64,000 bases of DNA, taken from the NCBI GenBank assembly GCA_910578825.1, contig CAJTSB010000014.1:5783-69782 (forward strand). Reading direction: 5' to 3'. The DNA is from an uncultured Lachnospiraceae bacterium. GTDB taxonomy: Bacteria; Bacillota; Clostridia; Lachnospirales; Lachnospiraceae. Position 1 is the first letter of the stretch, and each line of letters begins with the position of its first letter. Under the pieces are notes generated by a model. That model was not told the DNA's origin. It made no database searches and saw nothing but the letters and a program-made list of their open reading frames with translations. Made by a program: the position numbers and the translations under genes. Positions 24,524 to 34,632 of the stretch are shown here, in pieces.

Positions 24524-25507
24524 TTACAATTTAAAAAATTTCACCTGATAGGAAACCGTCTCGTCCAATCCGGTAATCTTCACCTTAAAGGTATCCCCCG
24601 CGCGATAACTTATATTTTTCGGTCGAAAAATAATACATCCCTGTTGTCCGTAATAACTGTTTTCCACATTAAAATAGCCGTTTGACTTCTTGCTGCTGAA
24701 CGTCCACTTTTTCGTCTTTTTTCCTCTTTTACGCGTAAGCGTGACCTTTACTTTTGACTCTTTGACCGGCTTTCCCATACTGATGCTCCACGGCATACTG
24801 TCAGAAAAATATTCTATCGGCATATTTTGCGCCGGCCACGCCACGCCGTAATATTGCGTATCCGTAAAGTTACCGTCGAATGCATACATCGCGGCGTAAT
24901 TATTCACAGAACCAAAGCCCGTTTTTTTCATGACCGGATTTAAAATCCAGCGTCTATGCCCGACACGGTCAATATTACTGACGTCGTCATCTGCCATCCA
25001 CTGCCAGACTACATTATAGGCAAGATTGCCAGACCATGAAGTCATTGCCAGATTGCTGGACCCCGCCCCCTCAAATCCCAGCTTATACAGAGCATTCGAC
25101 ATTTTATTCGGTTTCCGTGGAAAATGGGATAATTCCTGATTCGCAGCGTTGACCAATGCCGCAGCCTGGCATTTCTTGTTGTAGGTTTTGTCCAGTTTGA
25201 CATTTGCAGGTATCCCTGCTATGTAACGCATCGTATTTAAGGCTTTTAATCCCTGATTCAGAGAAGATTTTTTTAATTCTCCCGCCCGGTACGAAGACGA
25301 TTTCACGGAAGGTTTTTTCGCATAGTCTACCTGAGTGTTGATATCAAATTTATGATTTTTCACAAATTTGCGGATATCCTTCTGAGTATGATATTGCACG
25401 TTCATCCCGGTAGTTTTGGGTTTTGCCTGACAGGGAAATGATATTGAGGTTATCCCCAGCAGCAGAACCAGTAAAAAAGCCGACAACTTTGTTATGTTTT
25501 TTTTCAT
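24524..25507 (-). CDS. Secreted CAP/SCP/PR1-like domain protein
   Basis: 327 aa. It has a signal peptide (KLSAFLLVLLLGITSISFPCQA). The CAP-like core has LNTMRYIAGIP, NQELSHFP and GHRRWILNP. The C-terminal ~90 aa look like a beta-rich extra domain. Confidence 0.65.
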   Translation of the reverse strand: MKKNITKLSAFLLVLLLGITSISFPCQAKPKTTGMNVQYHTQKDIRKFVKNHKFDINTQVDYAKKPSVKSSSYRAGELKKSSLNQGLKALNTMRYIAGIPANVKLDKTYNKKCQAAALVNAANQELSHFPRKPNKMSNALYKLGFEGAGSSNLAMTSWSGNLAYNVVWQWMADDDVSNIDRVGHRRWILNPVMKKTGFGSVNNYAAMYAFDGNFTDTQYYGVAWPAQNMPIEYFSDSMPWSISMGKPVKESKVKVTLTRKRGKKTKKWTFSSKKSNGYFNVENSYYGQQGCIIFRPKNISYRAGDTFKVKITGLDETVSYQVKFFKL

Positions 25508-25582
25508 ATGTTCATCCCTCCTATCTCAAATATTTTAAAATATTATACTATAGCTCTTGCATATTTACAATCAGGAAAAGAT

Positions 25583-26926
25583 TTACACATCGGCCGACAA
25601 TCTCCTGTACTCCCTGCGGTAAAAGACAACGGAACAGCCCATGGCAATGGTCCATCCAACCGGCCATGCGCACCAGATGCCCATTGCAGAACCCATCGCA
25701 GCGGAAAAAACAAATGCCAGGACGACACGCAGAATCAAATCGGTAAACGTCGCCGTCATGAATTTTCGCATCGCGCTTACGCCGCGCAAAATTCCGTCTG
25801 CCACCAGTTTTGCAGATACTACAAAATAAAACGGAGACAAGATCCACAAAAACTGCCTGCCCGTCATCATTGCTGCGGCAGAGCCCTGCTCCATAAATAA
25901 AAGCAACAGATATTTTCCACAGAAAATATACAGTATACAGAACGGAATACACAGGCACCATACCATTTTTAAGCCCGCGTGAAAGGCTTCCCGAATACGC
26001 TCGTATTTACGCGCGCCAAGATTCTGCGCCGAAAAATTGGAAATCCCGTTTCCGATCGTGGTAAATGAAGTAATTACCAGATTATTTAACTTAACAGCGG
26101 CAGAATATCCCGCTATGACGGAGGCGCCAAATCCATTGATAACGCTTTGAATCATGATGTTTCCCACGGAAATAAAACTCTGCTGCAAAATACTGGGAAT
26201 GGCAACCACAAGGATTTTCTTCAGTATTGCCCAGTCAAATAACGGCGGTTTTTCCTGCACCGGAATCTGTCTGAGCCTCCCATACACTGTGAGGACAGCA
26301 AGCAGGCAGCTTACGCCCTGACAGAGAAAAGTCGCCCAGGCAACGCCCGACACGCCCATGCCAAATGCTTTTACAAACAAAATGTCTACTGCGACATTCG
26401 CACTGGAAGATGCAGCAAGAAAATAAAACGGCGTTCTGGAATCGCCCAGCGCAGAGAAAATTCCGGTTGCAATATTGTAGAAAAATACGAACGGCAGTCC
26501 CCACACATAAATTTCCAGATACAGGCTGGAATCTGCAAACAGCTCCTCCGGCGTATGGATAGACTGCAATAAGGGCTCGCAACCCAAAATACCTGTCAGC
26601 ATCAGTATTCCACAGAGCGCCGCACTGAACATGCAGGCAGTCGTCACCGTCGTCTTTACCCCTTTATAATCCTTCGCACCAAACATTTGCGAGACAATCA
26701 CGGAACACCCCATATTACAGCCAAATGCAAAAGCAATGAATATCAGGGTAATCTCATAGCTGTTCCCCACAGCCGCCAATGCATTTTCCCCGATGAACTT
26801 ACCCGCCACCAAACTGTCTGCAATATTATAAAGCTGCTGAAAAATAATGCTTCCAAACAGCGGAAGACAGAACTTCCACAGCACCGTCTGCGGTTTTCCC
26901 ACCGTCAAATCTCTGTTCATAATCAT
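25583..26926 (-). CDS. MATE-family efflux transporter
   Basis: About 447 aa with 12 predicted TMs. The typical N-terminus is TVLWKFCLPLFGSIIFQQLYNIADSLVAGKFIGENALAAVG. The start is ambiguous (26950, 26926 or 26920); GGAAAGGA sits just upstream of 26926. Confidence 0.85.
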   Translation of the reverse strand: MIMNRDLTVGKPQTVLWKFCLPLFGSIIFQQLYNIADSLVAGKFIGENALAAVGNSYEITLIFIAFAFGCNMGCSVIVSQMFGAKDYKGVKTTVTTACMFSAALCGILMLTGILGCEPLLQSIHTPEELFADSSLYLEIYVWGLPFVFFYNIATGIFSALGDSRTPFYFLAASSSANVAVDILFVKAFGMGVSGVAWATFLCQGVSCLLAVLTVYGRLRQIPVQEKPPLFDWAILKKILVVAIPSILQQSFISVGNIMIQSVINGFGASVIAGYSAAVKLNNLVITSFTTIGNGISNFSAQNLGARKYERIREAFHAGLKMVWCLCIPFCILYIFCGKYLLLLFMEQGSAAAMMTGRQFLWILSPFYFVVSAKLVADGILRGVSAMRKFMTATFTDLILRVVLAFVFSAAMGSAMGIWCAWPVGWTIAMGCSVVFYRREYRRLSADV

Positions 26927-26950
26927 AACGTCCTTTCCTGATTTACACAT

Positions 26951-27026
26951 TTTCAGTTGTGTATTATAATACGTAATATAAGATATGAAAAATATATATT
27001 ATATATAGGAGAAATATAGAAATTAT
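26951..27026. promoter_or_regulatory. Divergent promoter region between the MATE and LysR genes
   Basis: This is a 76-nt AT-rich spacer. It contains TTATAATACGTAATATAA (TTATA-N8-TATAA with a central TACGTA), a plausible LysR-type T-N11-A style dyad. Confidence 0.35.
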
Positions 27027-27914
27027 ATGGATATTAATTTTGAATACTACAAGATTTTCTATTACGTCGCAAAATACGGGAACATTACCAGAGCCGCCAC
27101 CGCACTGGGAAGCAACCAGCCCAACGTGAGCCGCATCATCAAACTGCTGGAGACACAGCTAAACTGCCGGCTTATCATACGTGAGCCGAGAGGCATCCGC
27201 CTCACAGAAACCGGAGAACAGCTCTATTCACACGTAGAAATTGCTTACCGCCACCTGCTCGAAGCCCAGGAGGAAATCTGCGGGCAGCCTTCCTCCGGAG
27301 AAGGTACGGTGGAAATCGGAGCGACAGAGACAGCGCTGCACCTGTTTTTGTTTGATATTTTACACGAGTTTAAGACGACGTATCCGGCTATCAAGATTAA
27401 CATTCATAACCACACAACACACGAGACCTTAAAACAGCTTTCCAGCGGAAAACTTGATTTCGCGCTTATCACAACGCCATTTGAAACGCCCAAATCCGTC
27501 CGCTGCGAGAAAATGATGGACTTTCGTGAAATACTGGTCGGCGGAACCGAATACAAAGACCTGTGCCATATGCCCCTGGAACTGAAGAACCTGAAAAATC
27601 ACCCCTGGATTGGGCTGGCGCGGGGAACTGCTACTTATGAACTGTACAATGATTTTTTTCTCAGAAATAACACAGATATCAGCCTTGATATGGAAGTGGC
27701 AACATCGGGTCTGATGCTGCCACTGATAGAAAATAACCTTGGAATCGGTTTTGTGCCAAAACAACTGGCTCTGCCATTATTGGAAACCGGCAGACTCGTA
27801 CAGATACCGATTAACTGCACGGTTCCCAGACGCCAGATTCAGCTTGTCTCCGACAAAGGCCGGGGAAAAAGCCTGGCGGCAGATACGTTTTACAAATACC
27901 TGAAAAACAATTGA
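27027..27914 (+). CDS. LysR-family transcriptional regulator
   Basis: 295 aa. The N-terminal wHTH is FYYVAKYGNITRAATALGSNQPNVSRIIKLLE, followed by a C-terminal LysR substrate-binding fold. It is divergent from the MATE gene. Confidence 0.9.
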   Translation: MDINFEYYKIFYYVAKYGNITRAATALGSNQPNVSRIIKLLETQLNCRLIIREPRGIRLTETGEQLYSHVEIAYRHLLEAQEEICGQPSSGEGTVEIGATETALHLFLFDILHEFKTTYPAIKINIHNHTTHETLKQLSSGKLDFALITTPFETPKSVRCEKMMDFREILVGGTEYKDLCHMPLELKNLKNHPWIGLARGTATYELYNDFFLRNNTDISLDMEVATSGLMLPLIENNLGIGFVPKQLALPLLETGRLVQIPINCTVPRRQIQLVSDKGRGKSLAADTFYKYLKNN

Positions 27915-27954
27915 TATCTGCCGCCGGCGAAAACATTTACAAAGAATTGTTCCC

Positions 27955-30900
27955 CTACTCTTTTACCTGCAGCAATTCCAGCACTTTATATCTGGTTACC
28001 TGGATTGCCGCTGCCAAAGCCCCGCAAATACATGCCAGGAAATACAAAAGCCAACAGATGGCAAGCGTCTCCATGCCCCGTACAAACAGTCCTGAACCAA
28101 ACACTGCGAGGATAAGCGCCACAAGAATAATGCCAACAATACACAGGAAAATCTGCTCCAATACCAGTATGCACCTTGCCCGTTTTTTGGTGACGCCGAG
28201 AATCCGCAAAAACGCTGCCTCTCTTGCCAATTGCAGGATGACAAGCCCCGGACCGAACAGCCCGATCAGCACAGCCGCAGCCACGGCAATCGGGAACAGC
28301 GACTCCAGAAGATCACGGACACGTCTGGCATTTTTCAGAGGTTCCGAATCAACACGAAATGATCCCAACTGGGCATACTGCATCCCTTCTTTTCTCCATT
28401 GATCCAGCGAGCTCTCCAGATCCGAAAGCTTTTGGTTATCCGCCAGCGTATATTCACAGTAGCTTACCGGGAACGGCTGTCCATAAAGATTTTGCGCCGC
28501 ATCGTTTATCACGGTGAAAACGCCGACGCCCCGGTCTTCATCCTCCGTCTCCAGAAATCCCACAACCTTATAGGGTTTTCCTGCCCGCTGAATTGCAGCC
28601 TCAAGCCGATCCTCTTCGTACACCTGCGGCATAAAATTATACAAATCATCCGACATCATGGTAATCGTGTCGCCCAGAGCGATACCGAGTTCCTCAAAAA
28701 GCTCCTTATCCAACAGACACACCCCTCCAGTTTCCTCAAAAGATGCACTGTCATATCCTTGCGCATAAGTAATCTTGCAGCCATTGATCAGATATCGATC
28801 CAGATTATTGGTAAATGTGATTGCGCTGCGGACTCCGATCGCGTTAATGCGCACGTCAAAACGGCGATAATAATAAACATCTTTCACCAAATCTGAATTT
28901 AGCAATTCTGCAATGGAAGTGGACGCAAATTCATTTGCCCTGCCTTTTACTTCCATCTCCCGGCAAGCATCCTGATATGCAAGTTTTGCCATCACAAACG
29001 TACCAATCCCAGCCGCCAGCACGAGTGTCAGGATCAATGACACCGCTGTCTTACCGATGCTGCGCCGCATATGGCGCAGGATGTATGTGATAACCTGGTG
29101 AAATGCATTGTATTTCCCACGCGCAGGTATTGTTTCTATCGCTGAAAGTTTTGCCAGATTCAGCCCTGCCGGAACAGGGGCAGTATCCGCAATGTCCATC
29201 CTTGGTTTGGGAGCTGTAAAGGAATTTGCGAAAATTCCTCCCTTTTTTATCGCGCCGCCTGCCTCTTCATGCAAGAGCTCCAGCGGCGGTGTTTTCTTCA
29301 TCCTTTGCACGAAAAACAGCGTCAAGAGGAAGATAAACATCAGCTCCAAAACCAGACAGAGGATGACTGCATCTATGGGAACCGCCACATCCGGAACATA
29401 ACCCACGCCCTCAGGCATATTGCTGTCCGCCATACCTTCAAGCGCCTTCCTTACCGTACTGGACGTGTAGAAGAGTCCCGTAAGACCGCCAACTGCCACT
29501 GCTGCTAACGACAAAACGATAAGCGGCGTCACAATCGAATTTCTGGCTTTCTTACTGGGAACCCCCAGAGTCCGCATAATGGCATAGGACTTTCGGTTCC
29601 TGCCGATATAGAGGTACGCCGCAAGGAACAAAGCAAGCGCTGCCCCAAGCACATACAACACCGTCGTCAATAAGGAAGTCAGCGAGCCAGAGCCAATGCT
29701 GTCCTTCATGCCGGCCCAGCCTCCATCGGAAAAACGCATTGCCAGGTTTAAATCTGCCGCCATCGGCTGTGCCTTCTCCAAAAAGCTTTCTATATCATTT
29801 GGATCTTCAATAAAGACACTGAACTGTCCCATGCTAATTTCATAATCTTCGGGAATTTCCACCGGCAACAGTGAACGATGTAAAAAAATTGTTCCTGGTC
29901 CAAAACGCCATTCAAAATCATTCATCCGTTCATTATCATCATTGTTATAGCGATACGCACCTATGATTTCCAATTCCACGGAAGTATTAAACTGCGCAAT
30001 ATCCCCTATATCCCGGGCGCGCGTGCCAAGTATACCGCTAGACGCATGCCTGTCCCCAAGCTTTACATTTATTTTATCGCCGACAGACAATCCGTACGTC
30101 TCCAGAAAAAGCTCGCTCACGACGCAGCTATCGGTATCCTCCGCCGTCAGGGGACGTCCCTTAGAGACAAGCAACGTATGTTCATTGACATATGGGATTG
30201 CGCGCATGTCCGAGGTATACACCATATCATACGTCATCATGCTCTGGTTGACAGACTCTATCAGCCCTTTATAATACGAGAATTCCTCCGTCTCCAGATA
30301 GTCGTCTCCCAATCCGTCAACCATGCGCAGGCAATCATGCTCTGCCATATATTCTCCCAGTTCAAAAGCCGTTCCCGTCCGCTCACTGTAGCTGCCAAAA
30401 CTTAAGTACCTCTTTCCCTTCTCCAGGGCGTCAAAGTAAGATCTCGAATATTTCTCGCTCAACTTCCAGGCAATATCCCCCTCAAACTGGACTAATACCT
30501 TCATCTCATCATTCCTGATGTCAATGTCGCCGGCATAGACCTTTACATCCTTAAAAACCAGATACAGTTTACTGTAATCTTGCTCCCCATCATATTCCTC
30601 ATACCCGTCATATGTACCTTCCACAACATAGTTAGCGGTCATCCAGGAATCTTCATCGCTTAAGACGCGCCTGTAGTCTTCCACCAGTCCGTCCGTCACG
30701 TACCTGATATCTGCCAGCGTAACGCCGGGCAGCGATGCGAATTCCTCAAGCTGCTCATCCGTCGGCCATGGTTTCGGATCCGGTACAAAGTATTCATAAT
30801 CCATAATGATCGGCTCCACGCTGTTATCAAGCGCTGCTACGCCGTGATACATACTCTGTGCTCTCGCGGCCTCCCTGCTGGTAATGACATAATCCGTGAC

Positions 30901-31002
30901 GCGTGAAAATAACGCAAACGAGGCTGCTGCAACTAAGAGGAAGGTCAGCAATGTCTTCACGGGGGAGCGCAAAAGCGTCTTAAATGCAAGGGATTTTTTC
31001 AT
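27955..31002 (-). CDS. Large ABC transporter permease with two FtsX/MacB-type modules and two big extracytoplasmic domains
   Basis: About 1015 aa. The start is at MKKSLAF (31002), preceded by AAAGGAG. It has an N-terminal TM, a ~400-aa ectodomain, a 3-TM bundle (…YIGRNRKSYAIMRTLGVP…), then a second TM, ectodomain and FtsX bundle (…AFLRILGVTKKRA…). Confidence 0.8.
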   Translation of the reverse strand: MKKSLAFKTLLRSPVKTLLTFLLVAAASFALFSRVTDYVITSREAARAQSMYHGVAALDNSVEPIIMDYEYFVPDPKPWPTDEQLEEFASLPGVTLADIRYVTDGLVEDYRRVLSDEDSWMTANYVVEGTYDGYEEYDGEQDYSKLYLVFKDVKVYAGDIDIRNDEMKVLVQFEGDIAWKLSEKYSRSYFDALEKGKRYLSFGSYSERTGTAFELGEYMAEHDCLRMVDGLGDDYLETEEFSYYKGLIESVNQSMMTYDMVYTSDMRAIPYVNEHTLLVSKGRPLTAEDTDSCVVSELFLETYGLSVGDKINVKLGDRHASSGILGTRARDIGDIAQFNTSVELEIIGAYRYNNDDNERMNDFEWRFGPGTIFLHRSLLPVEIPEDYEISMGQFSVFIEDPNDIESFLEKAQPMAADLNLAMRFSDGGWAGMKDSIGSGSLTSLLTTVLYVLGAALALFLAAYLYIGRNRKSYAIMRTLGVPSKKARNSIVTPLIVLSLAAVAVGGLTGLFYTSSTVRKALEGMADSNMPEGVGYVPDVAVPIDAVILCLVLELMFIFLLTLFFVQRMKKTPPLELLHEEAGGAIKKGGIFANSFTAPKPRMDIADTAPVPAGLNLAKLSAIETIPARGKYNAFHQVITYILRHMRRSIGKTAVSLILTLVLAAGIGTFVMAKLAYQDACREMEVKGRANEFASTSIAELLNSDLVKDVYYYRRFDVRINAIGVRSAITFTNNLDRYLINGCKITYAQGYDSASFEETGGVCLLDKELFEELGIALGDTITMMSDDLYNFMPQVYEEDRLEAAIQRAGKPYKVVGFLETEDEDRGVGVFTVINDAAQNLYGQPFPVSYCEYTLADNQKLSDLESSLDQWRKEGMQYAQLGSFRVDSEPLKNARRVRDLLESLFPIAVAAAVLIGLFGPGLVILQLAREAAFLRILGVTKKRARCILVLEQIFLCIVGIILVALILAVFGSGLFVRGMETLAICWLLYFLACICGALAAAIQVTRYKVLELLQVKE

Positions 31003-31033
31003 GGTATTTTCTCCTTTCTCTCCTGTCACGTCC

Positions 31034-31696
31034 TTACAACGCCTGAAGTTTTCCGTCTCTCATCCGAAGCTGCACGTCCGCCATCTCAGCAACCTCCATA
31101 TCATGTGTTACGATCACGACGCAGTACCCTTTGTCATGTGCAAGGCTGCACAGAATTTCCATGATATTCTGCGTGTTTGCGCTGTCAAGATTTCCGGTCG
31201 GCTCATCGGCAAGCATAATTTTTGCACTGGATGCAAGGCTTCTTGCAATCGCTACGCGCTGCTGCTCCCCGCCAGACAGTTTCGATGGAAAACGCTCCAT
31301 CTGCTCCTTCGTGATGCCTACGCCCTCAAGCAGCTCCTGTGCCCGCGGCTTTGCCTCCTTCGGCGATACCCCGCGCAGCTCCATGGGGAAACAGACATTT
31401 TCAACGACGGTCATCAACGGGAAAAGATGAAATGCCTGAAAGATCATGGATATCCCTTCCCTGCGGTAACGGTCCAAATCAAGTCCTGCAAGGTTTTCTC
31501 CGTCAAAATCCACCTCTCCGTCTGTGGGCAGATCAAGCCCTGCAAGCAGAGAAAGCAGCGTAGATTTACCGGAACCAGACGGACCGATGATGGTATAGAC
31601 ATTCCCTGCCTCAAACTTACAGGAGACATCCGAGACCGCGGCTCTCTGTGTGTTTTTGTATTGATACGTTACGTTTTCCAATGTTAAATTTGCCAT
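31034..31696 (-). CDS. ABC transporter ATP-binding protein (MacB/LolD/FtsE type)
   Basis: 220 aa with Walker A GPSGSGKST, signature LSGGEQQRV and Walker B IMLADEPTGNLD. Confidence 0.9.
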   Translation of the reverse strand: MANLTLENVTYQYKNTQRAAVSDVSCKFEAGNVYTIIGPSGSGKSTLLSLLAGLDLPTDGEVDFDGENLAGLDLDRYRREGISMIFQAFHLFPLMTVVENVCFPMELRGVSPKEAKPRAQELLEGVGITKEQMERFPSKLSGGEQQRVAIARSLASSAKIMLADEPTGNLDSANTQNIMEILCSLAHDKGYCVVIVTHDMEVAEMADVQLRMRDGKLQAL

Positions 31697-31750
31697 ATTC
31701 CTGCTCCTTTACTTCATTATATTTGTCAACTCTGTATCCTGTTGCCATCT

Positions 31751-34231
31751 CTATATCATCCCCCAGCCCAAATAGTAACTTGAGCATATTGGCCATAGTA
31801 TTATCTCCTTAGTGCTGTATTTTTTGGTCAAATTAACCACCTTAGACTGAAAATCTCCCTGTTTCATTTCAAGGACATCTCCTGCGTCCATTTCATCCCA
31901 TAAACGTTCCACCTCATCCATCATCGCGCCTATGCATTGATCCCTCTCCTCAACGGTCACCGTATCTTTGTCCGTAATATAATATGAGACATGACAGCCC
32001 ATACTATCCCATATATACATTGTTTGGGAGGCATGGGGTTTTTTGTTAAAATACAGGTACAACAAGATGCTCTGTTCCAGAGGTTCAGAATTCTCATAAT
32101 CCTGCGCCCTGTTTGATAGCGCCGCTAAATATACGGTATGGGTAATGAAATATTTCTCTTCTTCCGACAGCTCTACCTGAATATCTTCCCGTAATATGTC
32201 GTTCATGATCCTGTCGTAACTTTGATAATTCTCAACAGACCATTCTAAAAGTTCACGGTCAAAATCCGCCACCGACATTTCTTTATAACGATACCCCGGC
32301 TGACGCAACAAAAGTATTTTTCGGTAATCTTCTTCCGTTCCTGGCAGATATTCACTGTTTTCCGTTCCAGTATCTGCATAATATACCAAAACATCCGTAT
32401 AACGTTTCTTCCAATCTTCTATCTCTTTCTTAGAATGCGTCTCTTCCTGACTGTTGATGGACTCGTATTCGAATTCGATATCCACCTGCAGCTTGTAGTT
32501 ACTCCATTCCTTCTGTAACGAATCCACTGCCTGTTGTATCCCTGTCTTCATATATGACTCAGACGCATACTCTTCCTCACACTTTCCAGCCATAGTCCGG
32601 GAAAGACCATCTGTCACACCGCGGATTGCATCAACATACTCGCCGACGGACAAATCGTTTACATTTTGCACATACATGGTTATGTGATATCCCAGTCCCT
32701 GTACTTCTTTTTGCGGCAAGGCAATATCCTCTGGCAGAATACTTCCTTTAAACACTGTCTCTATCCACCTCTGAGAAGTCAGCGGCCGCAAGGCATAAAA
32801 GAGATAAGAGGCAATCTCGTCACTGTTACGCATTTCATATAGATTCTTATTTGAAAATAATCGATTCAGCATTTGCCGTTCTTCATCTGCAGCAGTTGCC
32901 ACCAATACCCTATCCCGGTATTCTGCAACGCTCATATCCTCGTAACCATCAAAACGCAGCACACTCAGCATTCCATATTCCTCTGCCGTAATATCCGCAT
33001 TAGATGAAATGTTTTTTTCCGCTTCGGGAACCGCAGAGGTAGCAAATACAACCGTTACGCTCATCACAAGCCCGACCGCAATGGCAACTGCGCCCATAGA
33101 AAATCTGCGAATCACCATAATGGAACGGATTCTCTTTTCAATTGCGTTGAGGCTTAAATTACTGCACAACGGTCTTATCCGGTTTCTTTCCGCCTCCATA
33201 TTAATCAGAATATTTGCATAGACAGATTTCTCACTTACACCTTTACGCCGAACGACACTCTCGTCACAGGCAAGCTCAACATCACGGTTGAGCAGGATAT
33301 ACATCAACCAGACCATTGGATTGAACCAGTGGATGCAGCACACAAAAACTGCCAGTAATTTCATCACCGTATCACAGTGATATATATGCATGTATTCATG
33401 CCAGAGTATGTATTCCAACTGCCCGGTCTCTTCCCATTCCAGTTTCTTCGGAAGAAGAATGACTGGACAAAACACGCCATAGGTAAGCGGCGTATCCACT
33501 CTGTCTGATACCCTTACCTGCGTTTTATGGCAAAAACCATGAAAAAACCGCTCTCTCTGCGACAGGCGCATTTCCATCCACTGCGCCACAAACTCATTTT
33601 CTACAGGCAGAGACATCGAAAATTCCCTGCGGCAACGCACATAAGTTACAACAAAAAATACGGCGCAAAACAAAGCTCCCATGACCCATACTGCCAACCA
33701 GATATTGTCTCTCAACACACTCCACATACCCGACAGAAACGTGGCTGCAAAGCCAACACGCGACGTATCCGGCTGTTTCATAATTATATACTCTTCCGAT
33801 GCAGCCCCCTGACTGGTTTCCATTACAACGTTTCCTACAATCTGCTGCCTCTCTGTCCCTTTGCCGGTTTTTGAAAAATTCTGTCCGACCGCCCCATTGT
33901 CTGAGTCTACAGACCACTGCCCGGACTTACCGTCGACTGTTACCACCTGCCATGCCACATCACCCTGTGTACGTCCAACATCCCATCCATTACCAAACCA
34001 GCTATATTCTCCCGCAGTAACATCCACCAACTCCTTCACAGAATCCCGCCTGGCAAGCGAATAAACACTGAATTCAGACGGAACCTCAAATGGAACCAAA
34101 AGGCGCAGCATGATAATTCCCCACAATACGAGAAAGGTCCTCTTTGGCAGCCTGTCAATTGCTGCAACCCGCATCAATGCAACTACCAGAATCATGACCG
34201 CCCCGCAAAAGCTCATTTGCAGTAAATCCAT
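31751..34231 (-). CDS. BlaR1/MecR1-like M56 family membrane sensor-protease with a non-PBP C-terminal ectodomain
   Basis: The start is probably MDLLQMSF at 34231, preceded by AGAGGTG; the ORF-track start at 34264 would overlap blaI. The HExxH motif is WHEYMHIYHCD. The gene lies directly downstream of the BlaI-family repressor. The C-terminal ~430 aa carry no SxxK penicillin-binding motif context. Confidence 0.8.
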   Translation of the reverse strand: MDLLQMSFCGAVMILVVALMRVAAIDRLPKRTFLVLWGIIMLRLLVPFEVPSEFSVYSLARRDSVKELVDVTAGEYSWFGNGWDVGRTQGDVAWQVVTVDGKSGQWSVDSDNGAVGQNFSKTGKGTERQQIVGNVVMETSQGAASEEYIIMKQPDTSRVGFAATFLSGMWSVLRDNIWLAVWVMGALFCAVFFVVTYVRCRREFSMSLPVENEFVAQWMEMRLSQRERFFHGFCHKTQVRVSDRVDTPLTYGVFCPVILLPKKLEWEETGQLEYILWHEYMHIYHCDTVMKLLAVFVCCIHWFNPMVWLMYILLNRDVELACDESVVRRKGVSEKSVYANILINMEAERNRIRPLCSNLSLNAIEKRIRSIMVIRRFSMGAVAIAVGLVMSVTVVFATSAVPEAEKNISSNADITAEEYGMLSVLRFDGYEDMSVAEYRDRVLVATAADEERQMLNRLFSNKNLYEMRNSDEIASYLFYALRPLTSQRWIETVFKGSILPEDIALPQKEVQGLGYHITMYVQNVNDLSVGEYVDAIRGVTDGLSRTMAGKCEEEYASESYMKTGIQQAVDSLQKEWSNYKLQVDIEFEYESINSQEETHSKKEIEDWKKRYTDVLVYYADTGTENSEYLPGTEEDYRKILLLRQPGYRYKEMSVADFDRELLEWSVENYQSYDRIMNDILREDIQVELSEEEKYFITHTVYLAALSNRAQDYENSEPLEQSILLYLYFNKKPHASQTMYIWDSMGCHVSYYITDKDTVTVEERDQCIGAMMDEVERLWDEMDAGDVLEMKQGDFQSKVVNLTKKYSTKEIILWPICSSYYLGWGMI

Positions 34232-34244
34232 TGTCTCACCTCTT

Positions 34245-34613
34245 TCATTCCAATTCTCCGACAATCTGTCTCAGTTTCTCAACCTGATCTGTGGAAAGTT
34301 TCTTTCTGCCAAGCAAGGCGGCAAACAGTTTGTCCGCAGAACCGTCATAAACTTTATCAATCAGTTCGTTGGTCTCCGTTTCCTGCACTTCTTCTTTTGC
34401 GATCAGTGCATGACACATAAAATTCGGCTCCTGACGCTCAATCGCTCCCTTCTTCATGCATCGTTTAATCAGCGTATATGTAGTATTCTTGTTCCAGCCT
34501 ACCTCCGCGGTCAGTTTTTCCGCAATCCGCTTTGCAGGCAAATCCCCCTCATTCCAGAGAACGCTCATGATTTTTAACTCTGAATCAAATAATTTTGCTG
34601 TCTCTTTTTCCAT
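34245..34613 (-). CDS. BlaI/MecI/CopY-family winged-helix repressor
   Basis: 122 aa. SELKIMSVLWNEGDLPAKRIAEKL…WNKNTTYTLIKRCMKKGAIERQE is the typical penicillinase-repressor N-domain. A GGAGGA SD lies upstream. Confidence 0.88.
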   Translation of the reverse strand: MEKETAKLFDSELKIMSVLWNEGDLPAKRIAEKLTAEVGWNKNTTYTLIKRCMKKGAIERQEPNFMCHALIAKEEVQETETNELIDKVYDGSADKLFAALLGRKKLSTDQVEKLRQIVGELE

Positions 34614-34632
34614 ATCATCTTCCTCCGTACAT

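Noticed and set aside
25529-25544. A perfect 16-bp palindrome AATATTTTAAAATATT lies upstream of the CAP-domain gene.
   Set aside because: It is composed only of A and T in an AT-rich promoter region. Such palindromes arise easily by chance, and no partner regulator is evident.
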